DNA of 64,000 bases from Candidatus Eiseniibacteriota bacterium (GTDB lineage Bacteria; Eisenbacteria; RBG-16-71-46), in contig CAVUWA010000005.1 in NCBI GenBank assembly GCA_963744995.1, forward strand, positions 128,001 to 192,000, given 5' to 3'. The notes beneath the pieces were generated by a model. The model was not told where the DNA came from, made no database searches, and saw only the letters and a list, made by a program, of their open reading frames with translations. Every line of letters begins with the position of its first letter. The first letter of the stretch is position 1. Shown in pieces: positions 49,565 to 59,794 of this stretch. The position numbers were made by a program, and so were the translations under genes.

Positions 49565-52500
49565 TCACTTCCCGGCGGCGCCGGCCGGCGCCGCGGCGGG
49601 CGCGTCCGCCTCCGGCCGGCGTCGCGGCCCGAACGCCCACACGCGCGCGAAGAACGTCTGCGCGTCTTCGATCACCGTGTAGAGCGTCGGCACCAGCACC
49701 AGCGTCAGCAGCGTCGCCGACACCAGCCCGCCGATCACCGTGCGCGCCAGCGGGAAGTACAGAACGTCCCCGACGTGCGCCTGTCCCGCCGACAGCGGCA
49801 GCAGGCCGAGCACCGTGGTCAGCGTGGTCATCAGAATCGGGCGCAGGCGGTCACGTGCCGCGGTGAGAATCGCCTGGGTCCGCTCGGCCCCGTTCTCGCG
49901 CAGCTGGTGAACGTGATGGATCAGGACGATGCCGTTGTTCACGACGATGCCCATCAGAATCAGCAGCCCGATCTGCGCCATGAGGTTGAACGGCGAACCG
50001 GTGAGCAGGCTCATCCACGCGATGCCGACGAACGCGAACGGCAGCGCGAACATGATCGCGAACGGGTGGGTCAGCGACTCGAACAGCCCGGCCATCACGA
50101 AGTAGACCAGGAACAGCGCCAGCAGCAGGTTGATCATCATCTCCTGCTGGGTCTGATCGGCTTCCTGGAAGCCGAACCCGTAGGACCACGAATACCCGAT
50201 CGGGAACGTCATCGCGTTCAGCACGCGGGTGACGTCCTTTCTAATCTGGCCGCCCTTGGTGGACGCGGCGTAGTTTCCCGACACGGTGACGATCGAGCGG
50301 CGCTGCTGGCGCATGATCTGTGCCGGCGTCTCGACGGTGCGGAACCCGGCGACCGAGGCCAGCGGTACCATGTCGCCGCCCGCGCTGCGCATGGGCATCT
50401 CGGCGAGCTGGCTCAGGCTTTCGCGGTCCTCGGGCGCGAGCCGCGCGGTGACCTCGACTTCGCCCTCGGGGCCGCGGTAGCGCGCCAGCGGCCGGCCGCG
50501 GAAGAACAGGGCCACGTCGCTCGCGACCCGCTGCGTCGTGAGCCCGTAGGTCGCCGCCTGATCGCCGCGCACGACGACCTCGACCTCGTCCCGGCCCTTT
50601 TCGCCGCCGACCTCGACGTCGGTCAGACCCTCGACCGTCGCGACGCGCCGGCGGACCTCCTCGGCGAGCATGTCCATGCGCGGCCCGGGGTCCCCGAACA
50701 GTCGTACGGTCAGCCGGGTCGGCGAGTCGTCGTCGTCCTGTCCGCGCAGCACCAGCTTCGCGCCGGGCAGCACCGGCAGCCCGCCGCGCAGCAGATCGCG
50801 CACTTTCTGCGCACCGTCGTCGCTGGCGTAGGCCGGCGTGAGATAGGCGCGCGTGGCCGCGTTGTTGCTGGTGAAGTAGGAGTAGGTGCTCTTGACGTGC
50901 AGCGAATCCTTGCGTGCGTGGATCCAGGTCTCGACGCGGTCCACGTAGCGTTCGGCCTCGCGGTAGTTGACGTTGTCGGCGAACTCGTAGCTGATCGTGA
51001 CCGCGTCCACCTTGGTCCCGGTGAACGCGCTCTTCTCCACCGGGCCGAATGCCACGATCGACACCGCGAACAGGACGAAGCCGAACGCCAGCGTGCGCGG
51101 CCGGTGGGCGAGCGTCCAGCCGAGCAGCCCGCGGTAGCGCCCCGACAGCCATTCGATGGCGCCGATGCGCGGCGAGCGCCCCGCCGGCAGCACGCGCCCC
51201 ATGACCAGCGGAATCGCGGTCAGCGACAGGAACAGCGAGCACGCCAGCGTGAAGATGATCGTGCGGCCGACTTCACCGATCCAGGTCGTGATCTCGGTGC
51301 GACCGCCGATCACCAGCGGCAGGAACACGATCATCGAGGTCGCGGTCGAGCTCATCACCGCCGGCAGCACTTCCTTCGAGCCGACCAGTGCGGCGCGCAG
51401 CGGGCGATATCCCGCCTGGCGCCAGCGTTCGATGCTCTCGAGCACCACGACCGCATTGTCCACGACCAGACCGACAGCGAGCATCAGGCCCATCATCGAC
51501 AGGATGTTGAGCGAGCGGCCGGTGAAGTACATCAGCGCCGCGGCCGCCAGGAGCGACACCGGGATCGAGAGCGCGACCACGAGCGTCGCGGTCCAGCGCC
51601 TCAGGAAGAAGAACAGCACCCCGGTGGCCAGCAGAGCGCCGATCAGTCCCGACTGCACGAGCCCCTGGATGGAATTGGTGATCTCTTCCGCCTGGTCGGT
51701 GAAGGTGAGCACCTGGATCCCGTCGAGCAACGGATCCGCCTTCATGTCCTCGAGCGTGCGGCGCGCGCGGCGTGCGACGTCCACGCTGTTGGCATCCGAA
51801 TCCTTGATCACGTTGAGGCCGATCGCGCGCGTCTGGTCGAGGTGCCGCCCGTAGTCGAGCTCCGGCTCGGACATCTCCACGGTGGCGACGTCGGCGAGCG
51901 TGAGACCCTGCACGCGCAGCGGGAAGCCGCGGATCTCGTCGAGGCTCGCGAACGTGTTGACGACGCGGAGCGGCCACTCCTCGTCGCCGTGCCGCAGCGC
52001 GCCGGCGCTGAGGCTGTGGTTCGACGCCTCGAGCTGCTGAACGACCTCGCGCGCCTCGAGCCCGTGGCGCCGCAGGTCGGCCATGCGGAAGCGGATCTGC
52101 ACCTCGGGCGGCTCGACCCCGTAGAGCTCGACCTTCGCGACCCCGGGCACGCGCCTCAACGGATCCGCCACGTGGCGGTCGAGCAGCTCCCAGGACTGCG
52201 ACAGGTCACGCTCGGCCGAGACCCGGCATTCGAGCACGGGGATGTCCGAGGAGCGGAAGCTGTTGACCTGAATCCGATCCACGTCCACGGGCAGCTGGTC
52301 CCGGATCCGCTCGAGCTTTTCGCGCGCCTCGACCCGCAGCGGCTGGATGTCCACGCCCCAGTCGAACTGGATGAACAGATTCGCCGTGTTCGCGGACGAA
52401 TACGAGAAGATCCTGCGCACGCCGCTCAGCGTGGCGAGCGCCTCCTCGGCCGGGCGGGTGATCTCCTCCTCGACCTGTGCCGGCAGCGCGTTCGGATAGG

Positions 52501-52648
52501 GAATCGTGACGTCGAGGCCCGGGAAGTCGACCTCGGGCAGGAACGCCAGCGGCAGCTTCGTCGCCGCGACCGCGCCGAGCACGATGATGCTCACGATCGC
52601 CATGCTGGCCGTGACCGGATTGCGCAGGCTCCAGCGCGGCAGATTCAC
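49565..52648 (-). CDS. RND efflux permease (AcrB/AcrD/AcrF family), second subunit
   Basis: GLVVDNAVVVLE, GIVVNNGIVL, RLRPILMT; 1027 aa. Confidence 0.95.
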   Translation of the reverse strand: MNLPRWSLRNPVTASMAIVSIIVLGAVAATKLPLAFLPEVDFPGLDVTIPYPNALPAQVEEEITRPAEEALATLSGVRRIFSYSSANTANLFIQFDWGVDIQPLRVEAREKLERIRDQLPVDVDRIQVNSFRSSDIPVLECRVSAERDLSQSWELLDRHVADPLRRVPGVAKVELYGVEPPEVQIRFRMADLRRHGLEAREVVQQLEASNHSLSAGALRHGDEEWPLRVVNTFASLDEIRGFPLRVQGLTLADVATVEMSEPELDYGRHLDQTRAIGLNVIKDSDANSVDVARRARRTLEDMKADPLLDGIQVLTFTDQAEEITNSIQGLVQSGLIGALLATGVLFFFLRRWTATLVVALSIPVSLLAAAALMYFTGRSLNILSMMGLMLAVGLVVDNAVVVLESIERWRQAGYRPLRAALVGSKEVLPAVMSSTATSMIVFLPLVIGGRTEITTWIGEVGRTIIFTLACSLFLSLTAIPLVMGRVLPAGRSPRIGAIEWLSGRYRGLLGWTLAHRPRTLAFGFVLFAVSIVAFGPVEKSAFTGTKVDAVTISYEFADNVNYREAERYVDRVETWIHARKDSLHVKSTYSYFTSNNAATRAYLTPAYASDDGAQKVRDLLRGGLPVLPGAKLVLRGQDDDDSPTRLTVRLFGDPGPRMDMLAEEVRRRVATVEGLTDVEVGGEKGRDEVEVVVRGDQAATYGLTTQRVASDVALFFRGRPLARYRGPEGEVEVTARLAPEDRESLSQLAEMPMRSAGGDMVPLASVAGFRTVETPAQIMRQQRRSIVTVSGNYAASTKGGQIRKDVTRVLNAMTFPIGYSWSYGFGFQEADQTQQEMMINLLLALFLVYFVMAGLFESLTHPFAIMFALPFAFVGIAWMSLLTGSPFNLMAQIGLLILMGIVVNNGIVLIHHVHQLRENGAERTQAILTAARDRLRPILMTTLTTVLGLLPLSAGQAHVGDVLYFPLARTVIGGLVSATLLTLVLVPTLYTVIEDAQTFFARVWAFGPRRRPEADAPAAAPAGAAGK

Positions 52649-52673
52649 GGACGGCTTCCTCCGGCGCGGCGTC

Positions 52674-55600
52674 TCATCGCGAGCGGTCCACGAGCCCGTA
52701 CACGACCGGGATCACGATCAGCGTGAGCGCGGTGGAGGCGAGCAGGCCGCCCATCAGCGTGATTGCGAGCGGCGCCCGCAGCTCGGCGCCCTCACCGAGC
52801 CCGATCGCCATCGGCAGCAGGCCGAGCACCGTGGTGAGCGTGGTCATGAGGATGGGGCGCAGGCGCACCGAGCCGGCCTCGACCAGGGCGTCCATCTTCG
52901 CCATGCCGTGCTGGCGGAGCTGGCGCGTGTAGTCGACCAGCACGATCGCGTTATTGACGACGATTCCGGCCAGCACGACCAGGCCGATCAGCACCATCAC
53001 GCTCAGCGGCGACAGTGTGACCACCAGCGCGAACACGACGCCGATCAGCGCCAGCGGCAGCGAGAACATGACCACGAACGGGTGCAGCAGCGACTCGAAC
53101 TGGCTCGCCATCACCAGGTAGACCAGGAAGATCGCCAGCAGCAGCGCGAAACGCAGCGATGCGAACGAATCGGCGAGCTCGCTGTTCTGGCCGGCCAGCC
53201 GCACGGTCACGCCGGGCGGCAGGTCGAGGGTCGCAAGCGACGCCTGAATCTCCTCCGCCGCCCCGCCGAGGTCGCGCCCGACCAGGTTGGCCGACACCAC
53301 CGCGGCGCGCTGCTGGCCGATGCGGCGGATGTCGCCGGGACCGCGCGCCACCTTGACGTTCGCGACCGCGCCGAGCGGCACCGTGCGGCCCATGTTGCGG
53401 CCGACTTCGAGGTCGGCGAGACGCGTCACCAGCGAGCGCTCGTCCTCGGTCGCGCGGACGCGGACGTCGATCTTGCGCTCGAGGTCGTTGAACTGCGTCG
53501 CCGCCTCGCCCTGCACGGCATTGCGCACCAGGCGTGAGGCGGAGGTCGGATCGAGGTTCATCGCCGCGAGGCGCGCACGGTCGAAGGCGATCTGCACCTC
53601 CGGGTCGCCGATCCGCATGCTCGACTCGACGTCCTCCAGGCCGCGCACGCGGTCCATGCGCTGCGCCACGCGGTCGGCGATCGTGCGCAGCGTATCGAGA
53701 TCGTAGCCGAACACTTCGACCTCGACCGGGGCGCGGAACGTGAACAGTGCGGGACGCTCGAACTCGTAGGTGACGCCGGGCATGCGCGCCATCGCGGCAC
53801 GCAGGCGATCGGCGACCGCGTTCTCGCCCCGGGGGTCGTCGGCGCGCTTCATGAGCACCGAGATCTGGCCGCGGCTCGGTTCGCGCACCGCGCCCGCGAA
53901 CGCCGACAGATCGGTCTGTCCGGCGCTGGTGTGCACGAACTTGACGCGCGGGTCGTCGCGCACGGTCTCCGCCAGCGACTCCAGCGTGGCGTCGGTGACG
54001 TGCAGGGCGGAACCGGCGGGCAGCTCGACGTTGAAACGGAACTCGCCCTGCGAGAACGGCGGGAACAGATTGCGCGGCAGCGTGAGCCCGAACACCACGG
54101 CCAGCCCCAGTGCCAGCGTGGCAACGCCGAGCACCCGGCCCGGATGCGCGAGCGCTGCGGTCAGCGCGCGCGGGTAGGCGCGGGTGAGCCAGCCGAAGCC
54201 CGCGTCGAACGGCAGCAGCAGCGCGTCCACCACCGGTTTCGTGCGGCGGCCCAGCGCTCCTCCGCCGCGTATCGCGAGCCGCGGCAGCGCCATGATCGCA
54301 AATACCAGCCAGCGCAGGGCGCCGCGCACGCGGCCGCCCTCACCGAGCGCCGGGCGGTCCGCCCGCGCGCGCTCGCGGCCCGGCCCGATCAGGCCGTAGA
54401 TCGTCGGGATCAGCGTCATCGCGACCAGTAGCGACGCCAGCAGCGAGAACGAGATCACCAGGGCCTGATCGCGAATCAGCTGGCCAGCGAGGCCTTCGAC
54501 GAACACCAGCGGTGCGAACACCGCGACCGTGGTGAGCGTCGAGGCGGTGACCGCGCGAGCGACCGTGCCGGCGCCCGCACTCGCCGCGTGCCGCGCGTCG
54601 AGGCCCTCCTCGCGTTTGCGGAAGATGCTCTCCAGCACCACGATCGAGTTGTCCACCAGCATGCCGATGCCGAGCGCGAGCCCGCCGAGCGACATGAGGT
54701 TCAGGGACAGGCCGAACCGGTACATGACGACGAACGTCGCCAGCACCGAGACCGGGATCGACAGTCCGATGATCAGCGTGCTGCGCAGGTCGCGCATGAA
54801 CGCGAACAGCACCAGGATCGCGAGCAGGCCGCCGAGCAGCGCGGCCACCACCACGTCGCCGATGGACGAGCGGATGAAGCGTGACTGGTCCGCCACCGTC
54901 ACCATCTTCATTTCGGGCGGCAGCTGCAGCCGCTTCGCGCGTGCCTGCACCGCCTGCGCGACGGCCACCGTATTCGCGTCGCCTTCCTTGTAAATCGCGA
55001 TCTCCACCGCCTCGTCGCCCCCGACGCGCGCGATGACCTCGCGGTCGCGCGCGCCGCGCGAGACCGTCGCCACGTCGGAGACGCGCACGGCGCCGCCGTC
55101 ACGCGAGGCGAGGATCACGTCGGCGATGTCCTTCGGCGCGCCGAACTGGTTCACCGCGCGCACCAGGTACTCGCTGCGACCCTCGGTGAGCGACCCGCCC
55201 GCCAGGTTGATGTTCTCCGCGGCGAGCCGCTGCGTGACGTCGGCGAGGGTGAGCCCGACTGCCGAAAGCCGCGCGGCATCGACATCGACCTGAATCTCCT
55301 CTTCTTCGCCGCCCGAGACCTTCACCGCGGCGACGCCGGCCACGCCCTCGAGGTCGCGCTTCACCGTCTGCTCGGCGATCCGGCGCAGGCGGCGCAGGTT
55401 GCCGCCCCCCGAAAGCCGCATGCGGATCACCGGGTCCAGCGCCGGGTCGAAGCGCAGGATCGCGGGGCGTTTCGCTTCGCGCGGCAGGGTGACGAGGTCG
55501 ATCTTCTCGCGCACGGCGAGCGAGGCGAGATCCATGCGCGTGCCCGAGGCGAACTCGAGCGTCACCTCCGACTGCCCCGGTCGCGAAATCGAGTGCATGC

Positions 55601-55835
55601 GGCTGAGCCCCGGCACGACGCCCGCGGCTTCCTCGACCGGTCGCGTGACGAACTGTTCCACGTCGGATGGCGCCGCGTCGGGCAGATCGGTGCGGATGGT
55701 CAGTGACGGGTAGGAGATGTCCGGCAGCAGATCGACGGCCAGACGCGACGAAGCGACCAGGCCGAAGATCACCACGGCGACCGTGGCCATGAACACCGTG
55801 ACGGGGCGGCGGATCGAGCTGTCGACGAGTCGCAT
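52674..55835 (-). CDS. RND efflux permease (AcrB/AcrD/AcrF family), first subunit
   Basis: GMLVDNSIVVLE, GIVVNNAIVL, RLRPILMT; 1053 aa. Confidence 0.95.
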   Translation of the reverse strand: MRLVDSSIRRPVTVFMATVAVVIFGLVASSRLAVDLLPDISYPSLTIRTDLPDAAPSDVEQFVTRPVEEAAGVVPGLSRMHSISRPGQSEVTLEFASGTRMDLASLAVREKIDLVTLPREAKRPAILRFDPALDPVIRMRLSGGGNLRRLRRIAEQTVKRDLEGVAGVAAVKVSGGEEEEIQVDVDAARLSAVGLTLADVTQRLAAENINLAGGSLTEGRSEYLVRAVNQFGAPKDIADVILASRDGGAVRVSDVATVSRGARDREVIARVGGDEAVEIAIYKEGDANTVAVAQAVQARAKRLQLPPEMKMVTVADQSRFIRSSIGDVVVAALLGGLLAILVLFAFMRDLRSTLIIGLSIPVSVLATFVVMYRFGLSLNLMSLGGLALGIGMLVDNSIVVLESIFRKREEGLDARHAASAGAGTVARAVTASTLTTVAVFAPLVFVEGLAGQLIRDQALVISFSLLASLLVAMTLIPTIYGLIGPGRERARADRPALGEGGRVRGALRWLVFAIMALPRLAIRGGGALGRRTKPVVDALLLPFDAGFGWLTRAYPRALTAALAHPGRVLGVATLALGLAVVFGLTLPRNLFPPFSQGEFRFNVELPAGSALHVTDATLESLAETVRDDPRVKFVHTSAGQTDLSAFAGAVREPSRGQISVLMKRADDPRGENAVADRLRAAMARMPGVTYEFERPALFTFRAPVEVEVFGYDLDTLRTIADRVAQRMDRVRGLEDVESSMRIGDPEVQIAFDRARLAAMNLDPTSASRLVRNAVQGEAATQFNDLERKIDVRVRATEDERSLVTRLADLEVGRNMGRTVPLGAVANVKVARGPGDIRRIGQQRAAVVSANLVGRDLGGAAEEIQASLATLDLPPGVTVRLAGQNSELADSFASLRFALLLAIFLVYLVMASQFESLLHPFVVMFSLPLALIGVVFALVVTLSPLSVMVLIGLVVLAGIVVNNAIVLVDYTRQLRQHGMAKMDALVEAGSVRLRPILMTTLTTVLGLLPMAIGLGEGAELRAPLAITLMGGLLASTALTLIVIPVVYGLVDRSR

Positions 55836-55873
55836 GGGCCTCTCTCATCCCCCGCGGCGATCCGCGGCGTGGA

Positions 55874-56968
55874 TCACAGGGTCACGGGGCGGATCTTCGA
55901 ACCGGGCTTCAGACCGCCCTGGCCGACGGTCACCACGCTGTCCCCCTCGACGAGCCCCGAGAGGATCTGCGCCGTGTCGTGCTCGACCGCGCCCAGCCGG
56001 ACGCCGATCTTCTGCACCGAATCGCCGCGCGCCACGAACACGTAGGCGTCGCCGTCCTCGGTCAGCACGCCGCGCCGCGGCAGCAGCAGGGCGTTCTCGA
56101 AGCTTCCCGTCTTGAGCCGCACCCGCGCGAAGGCGCCGGGCCGCAGCGTTTCGTCGGTATTGGGCAGCTCGAGCGTCACTTTGAACGTGCCGTTGTTGCG
56201 GTCGACCACCGGGTTGACCAGCGACACGCGTGCCTTGAACGTCCGATCGGGGTGCGTGTCCAGCGTCAGGTCGGCCGACTGGCCGATGCGGACGCGCGAA
56301 AGCTCGCGCTCGGGGAAGTACAGCCGCGCACGCAACGGGGTGAAGTCGACGAGCCGGAAGCACGTCTTGCCCGCCTGCAGGTTCTCGCCCAGATTGACCA
56401 TGCGCTCGACCACGCGCCCCGCGAACGGGGCTTCGATCTTCGTCTGCGACAGCTCGTAGCGGGCCTGTTCGAGCGCGACCCAGGTATTGCGGACCGCGAG
56501 CTCCAGATCGTCGAGGTCCTTCTGGCTGAGGTAGCTCTTCGCCTCGAGCTGCTTGCCGCGGTCCAGCTCGCGCTTCGCCACCTCCCATGCCAGCTGCGTG
56601 CGCTCGACCGCGAGACGTTCCGCCGTGTCGTCGAGCCGGGCGAGCATCTGGCCCTTCCGGACGTAGGTGCCCTCTTCGATCGGCAGCGCCACGACCTGGC
56701 CTTCGCGTTGTGCCACCAGATCGGCGACGTTGCGCGCCTCGAGCGTGGTCGTGGTCTCGAGGAACGTCGCGATCGGGCCGGTCTGCACCTTCGAGAGCTC
56801 GACCGGCGACGCGAGCGGGCCGTCGTCCTTCTTCTTGCCGTCCTTGCCGTTGCCGCCCGCGTTCTTCGCCGCGATGACCACACCGGCGATCGCGACGATC
56901 GCGACCAGCCCGGCGATGGACCACACGACGGCGCGGCGTGGTCCGCGCCTGACGTTCTGGGTTTCCAT
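55874..56968 (-). CDS. RND periplasmic adaptor (membrane fusion protein)
   Basis: N-terminal TM helix; EG..V.KGQ.LA.LD, coiled hairpin, I.APF.G.V, LRPG.F. Confidence 0.93.
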   Translation of the reverse strand: METQNVRRGPRRAVVWSIAGLVAIVAIAGVVIAAKNAGGNGKDGKKKDDGPLASPVELSKVQTGPIATFLETTTTLEARNVADLVAQREGQVVALPIEEGTYVRKGQMLARLDDTAERLAVERTQLAWEVAKRELDRGKQLEAKSYLSQKDLDDLELAVRNTWVALEQARYELSQTKIEAPFAGRVVERMVNLGENLQAGKTCFRLVDFTPLRARLYFPERELSRVRIGQSADLTLDTHPDRTFKARVSLVNPVVDRNNGTFKVTLELPNTDETLRPGAFARVRLKTGSFENALLLPRRGVLTEDGDAYVFVARGDSVQKIGVRLGAVEHDTAQILSGLVEGDSVVTVGQGGLKPGSKIRPVTL

Positions 56969-57037
56969 CCGGGACCTCCTCGCCTTCCATTCGCTGCGGC
57001 GCGGGAGCCGCGACGCTCGACCTGCCCTTCGTCGGTG

Positions 57038-57146
57038 AGACCGTGGCGCCGCGCGAGGGGTTTCATGAATTCCGCGCCGTCGTGCGCCCCTGCCGGCTCA
57101 CACCCGTACGCTCCTTGCCTACGGCCGTCACCGGCGTGGGGTTGCA
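57038..57146 (-). promoter_or_regulatory. Two possible ECF-sigma promoters upstream of the RND operon
   Basis: TGAAAC-N16-CGGTCT (57038-57065) and TGCAAC-N17-CGTA (57120-57146). Confidence 0.35.
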
Positions 57147-57335
57147 TCGGGATCGGGGAGGGACGAACGGGGCCGGGCGGCGGATGAGCGCGGCAGCGGC
57201 GGGACGCGCGTTCCCATGCCGCGCGTCCCCGCCGCGGCGCCCCGCGTGCGGGGGGCGCGCCGCCCGGAGCCGCGGGGCCGGACGGCCGCCGCGGGGGACG
57301 CATCGGAGCGGCGCCCGCGGGCCGCTCCCCCAACG

Positions 57336-57368
57336 AAAAGCGGCGGCCCGGGCGTCCGGGCCGCCGCT
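57336..57368 (-). terminator. Rho-independent terminator
   Basis: 13-bp stem agcggcggcccgg/ccgggccgccgct, 4-nt loop, short T run on the minus strand, 15 nt after the stop at 57384. Confidence 0.75.
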
Positions 57369-57383
57369 CCTGCACGGGGCGAT

Positions 57384-58106
57384 CTAGTGATACATCGTCT
57401 TGATGCGGCCCCAGGTGGATTCATGGACCGGCACCGGGCATTCGATCAGCAGCGTGATCTGGCCGATGTCGCCCCAGCTGCCGTACTGACGGGTCGCGCC
57501 GCAGTTGGGATCCAGGAACACCGGGTAGTCCGCCGGCTTGGCCAGCTGATCCGTGTCGCCGCCGCCGATTCCGTTCGCGACCACGAACCGCAGCACGCAG
57601 CTGGTGCCGTCGAAGTAGCCGCTGGAATCGATGTTCAGCCGCGACTGGACGGGAGTGCCGTCAACGTAGATGACCGTGACGATCGACTGCGTCACCTGAA
57701 TCGTTCCCGTGGAGCTCGAGCCGTTGGCCCACGGTCCGTCCCCCGACAGGAAGAACGACCCCCCGTTGAACACGTTCGTGTACACGACATTGCCGGTTCC
57801 CGTCATGTCACGATTGTCCTCGACGCTCTGCGGACCCGCCTGCACGCCGCACTGGAAGCTCCACTGCGTGCCGAGGTTCGCCCCGTCCCAGGACTGCGAG
57901 TTGAATACGTCTCCCACGCCGTGGTTGGCGTTGAGAGGGGCCGCCCACGACTGCGTGCCACGGCCGAGCAGCACCGCGCCGCCCAGGTCGGTCGAGTTGT
58001 AGGTGCCGGGCGTCGGAATCCCGTTCGGCGGCATGGCCCAGGCGCCCACGGCACATGCGGCGCTCAGGATGACCGTGCCGGACAGCATCCGTAGCATTCT
58101 GTTCAT
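57384..58106 (-). CDS. Secreted beta-rich hypothetical protein with a short tail PVPVHESTWGRIKTMYH
   Basis: GAGGGAGAG RBS, ATG 58106, signal peptide ending AWA; Gly/Ser/Thr/Asn-rich. Confidence 0.8.
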   Translation of the reverse strand: MNRMLRMLSGTVILSAACAVGAWAMPPNGIPTPGTYNSTDLGGAVLLGRGTQSWAAPLNANHGVGDVFNSQSWDGANLGTQWSFQCGVQAGPQSVEDNRDMTGTGNVVYTNVFNGGSFFLSGDGPWANGSSSTGTIQVTQSIVTVIYVDGTPVQSRLNIDSSGYFDGTSCVLRFVVANGIGGGDTDQLAKPADYPVFLDPNCGATRQYGSWGDIGQITLLIECPVPVHESTWGRIKTMYH

Positions 58107-58177
58107 CGTGACTCTCCCTCCGCTTGATGCGTGTGATAGACGAAATGCGGGACGCGCGCACCGAGGCATCGTACTCC

Positions 58178-58193
58178 TGCAATCACCGCGCCA
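58178..58193 (-). promoter_or_regulatory. Putative sigma54 -24/-12 promoter
   Basis: TGGCGC-GGTGA-TTGCA, near consensus TGGCAC-N5-TTGC, about 70 nt upstream of ATG 58106. Confidence 0.6.
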
Positions 58194-58386
58194 CAGTCCC
58201 CATTGCGAGGGCTCCATTCAATCCGTTGCCCGACAGCTTCTTGTCCGGGGACCGGGCCACGGTAGCCGGCGGCGCACCTGTCAAAACCGCCGGCGGCAGC
58301 CATGACGTCAGGAGGCCGGCATCAAACGGTCCCGCGCCGGGCGCGGGCGCCCCGGCCCTGCCGGGCGCGGGCGGACCGTGGCGTCG

Positions 58387-59790
58387 CTACACTCGATGGG
58401 TCGCCGCCGGCGCCCCGGTGGGCTCCGCTCAGCAGTACCAGGGCTCCGAGAGGTAGGGCAGCGGCGCCCGCGAGCGCACGGGCAGGGCCGGCCGCCGCGT
58501 CGCGCGGCGACCTTCCATCGCCGCCGCGAAGACCCGCTCGAAGATCGCGCGCCGCCCGGCGCCGTCCGCACCGGCGCCGGCGACGAGATCGGCGAGGGTG
58601 AGCTGCAGTGCGTCCATGTCCGGGTCCGGATGCCGCCAGCGCCACGCGAGCGCGGCTTCGTCGAACCCGTCCAGATGCCCGCGGGTCTCGGGCCGCTCGA
58701 GCAGCAGTGAACCCGCCGGCAGCAACAGCCGGATCGCGAGCTGGATCGGTGCGACCTGCTCCACCAGATCCTGCGCTTCGATGAAGTCGAGCAGGTCGAG
58801 GTAGCCGGCGCGGTCGATCCACGGCGTGAACGCCACGAACGTCGGCGCCAGGTGGAGCCCCGCCGCGCGCGTGGCCCGCACGGCGCGGATCACGTCGGCG
58901 CGCGTGTGACCCTTGTCGAGGATCCCGAGGATCCGGTCGTCGACCGCTTCGACCGCGCTGGTCACGAACAGGCAGCCGGTTTCGCGCAGCACCGGCAGGC
59001 GGTCTTCGTGCGCGAGCAGGTGCTCGACCTTGATGGTCACGTCATACGTCAGTGCGGGATGCGCAGCGTGCAGCGCCCTGACGAGCGGCAGCGCGTGGCC
59101 GATGCCGTTGAAGAAATCGGGATCACCGAAGGTCACGTGGGTCGCCCCGGCCGCGACCTGGCGCCGCACGTCCTCGAGCACGACGTCGCGCGGCACGGCG
59201 CGGAAGCGGCCGCCATAGACCGGCACGATCGGGCAGTGACGGCAGCGATGCTTGCATCCGCGGCTCGCTTCGGTGGCGCCCACGACCCGCGTCCCGCCGT
59301 CCGGCATCACCAGCCGCGCGTAGCGATCGAGCGGCGGCAGGCCGCGTCGTTCGGGTACCCGGTACTGGAGTCGCTCGAGCCCGTCCGGTGCGACCGGCCC
59401 TGCGGGCGGCGGCACCCCCGCGGCGAGGGCGCGGGCGAGGCGCACGAGGTCGGCTTCGAACTCGGCGCCGAGCACGGTGTCCACGCCGATCCGGCGCAGG
59501 TAGGCCGCGTTCATGGGCGCGTAGAGACCGAAGGCGGCCAGGTGCGGGCGCGGCGCGCCGCGCGCCAGGCGTTCGATGTGCGCCGTGGCGAGCCGGGTCG
59601 CGGTGTGCATCGGCAGGTGAAAGGCGACCAGGTCGGCCGTGCGCAGGGCCGCCTCGTCGAGCGGGTCCACGGCGTGGTCGTGGAGCGTGACCTCGACGCC
59701 CTCGCCTTCCAGCCAGGCGGCCGGACTCGCCAGTCCGAACGGCTGCCGGCCCAGGTCGTAGGTGCCGACGAGCGCGACGCGCAGATTCAC
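58387..59790 (-). CDS. CUAEP/CCAEP-tail radical SAM selenoprotein (B12-binding-like N-terminus); in-frame UGA at 58429-58431 read as Sec
   Basis: CKHRCRHC motif; 3' end reads TGG TAC TGC TGA GCG GAG CCC ... GTG TAG = WYC-U-AEPTGAPAATHRV*. Confidence 0.88.
58403..58423 (-). promoter_or_regulatory. Candidate bacterial SECIS hairpin
   Basis: GCC-CA-CCGG-GGCG-CCGG-C-GGC starting 5 nt after the UGA; G-containing apical loop. Confidence 0.45.
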
Positions 59791-59794
59791 CGGC

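Noticed and set aside
49325..52726. 1133-aa + strand ORF
   Set aside because: Antisense to the RND permease.
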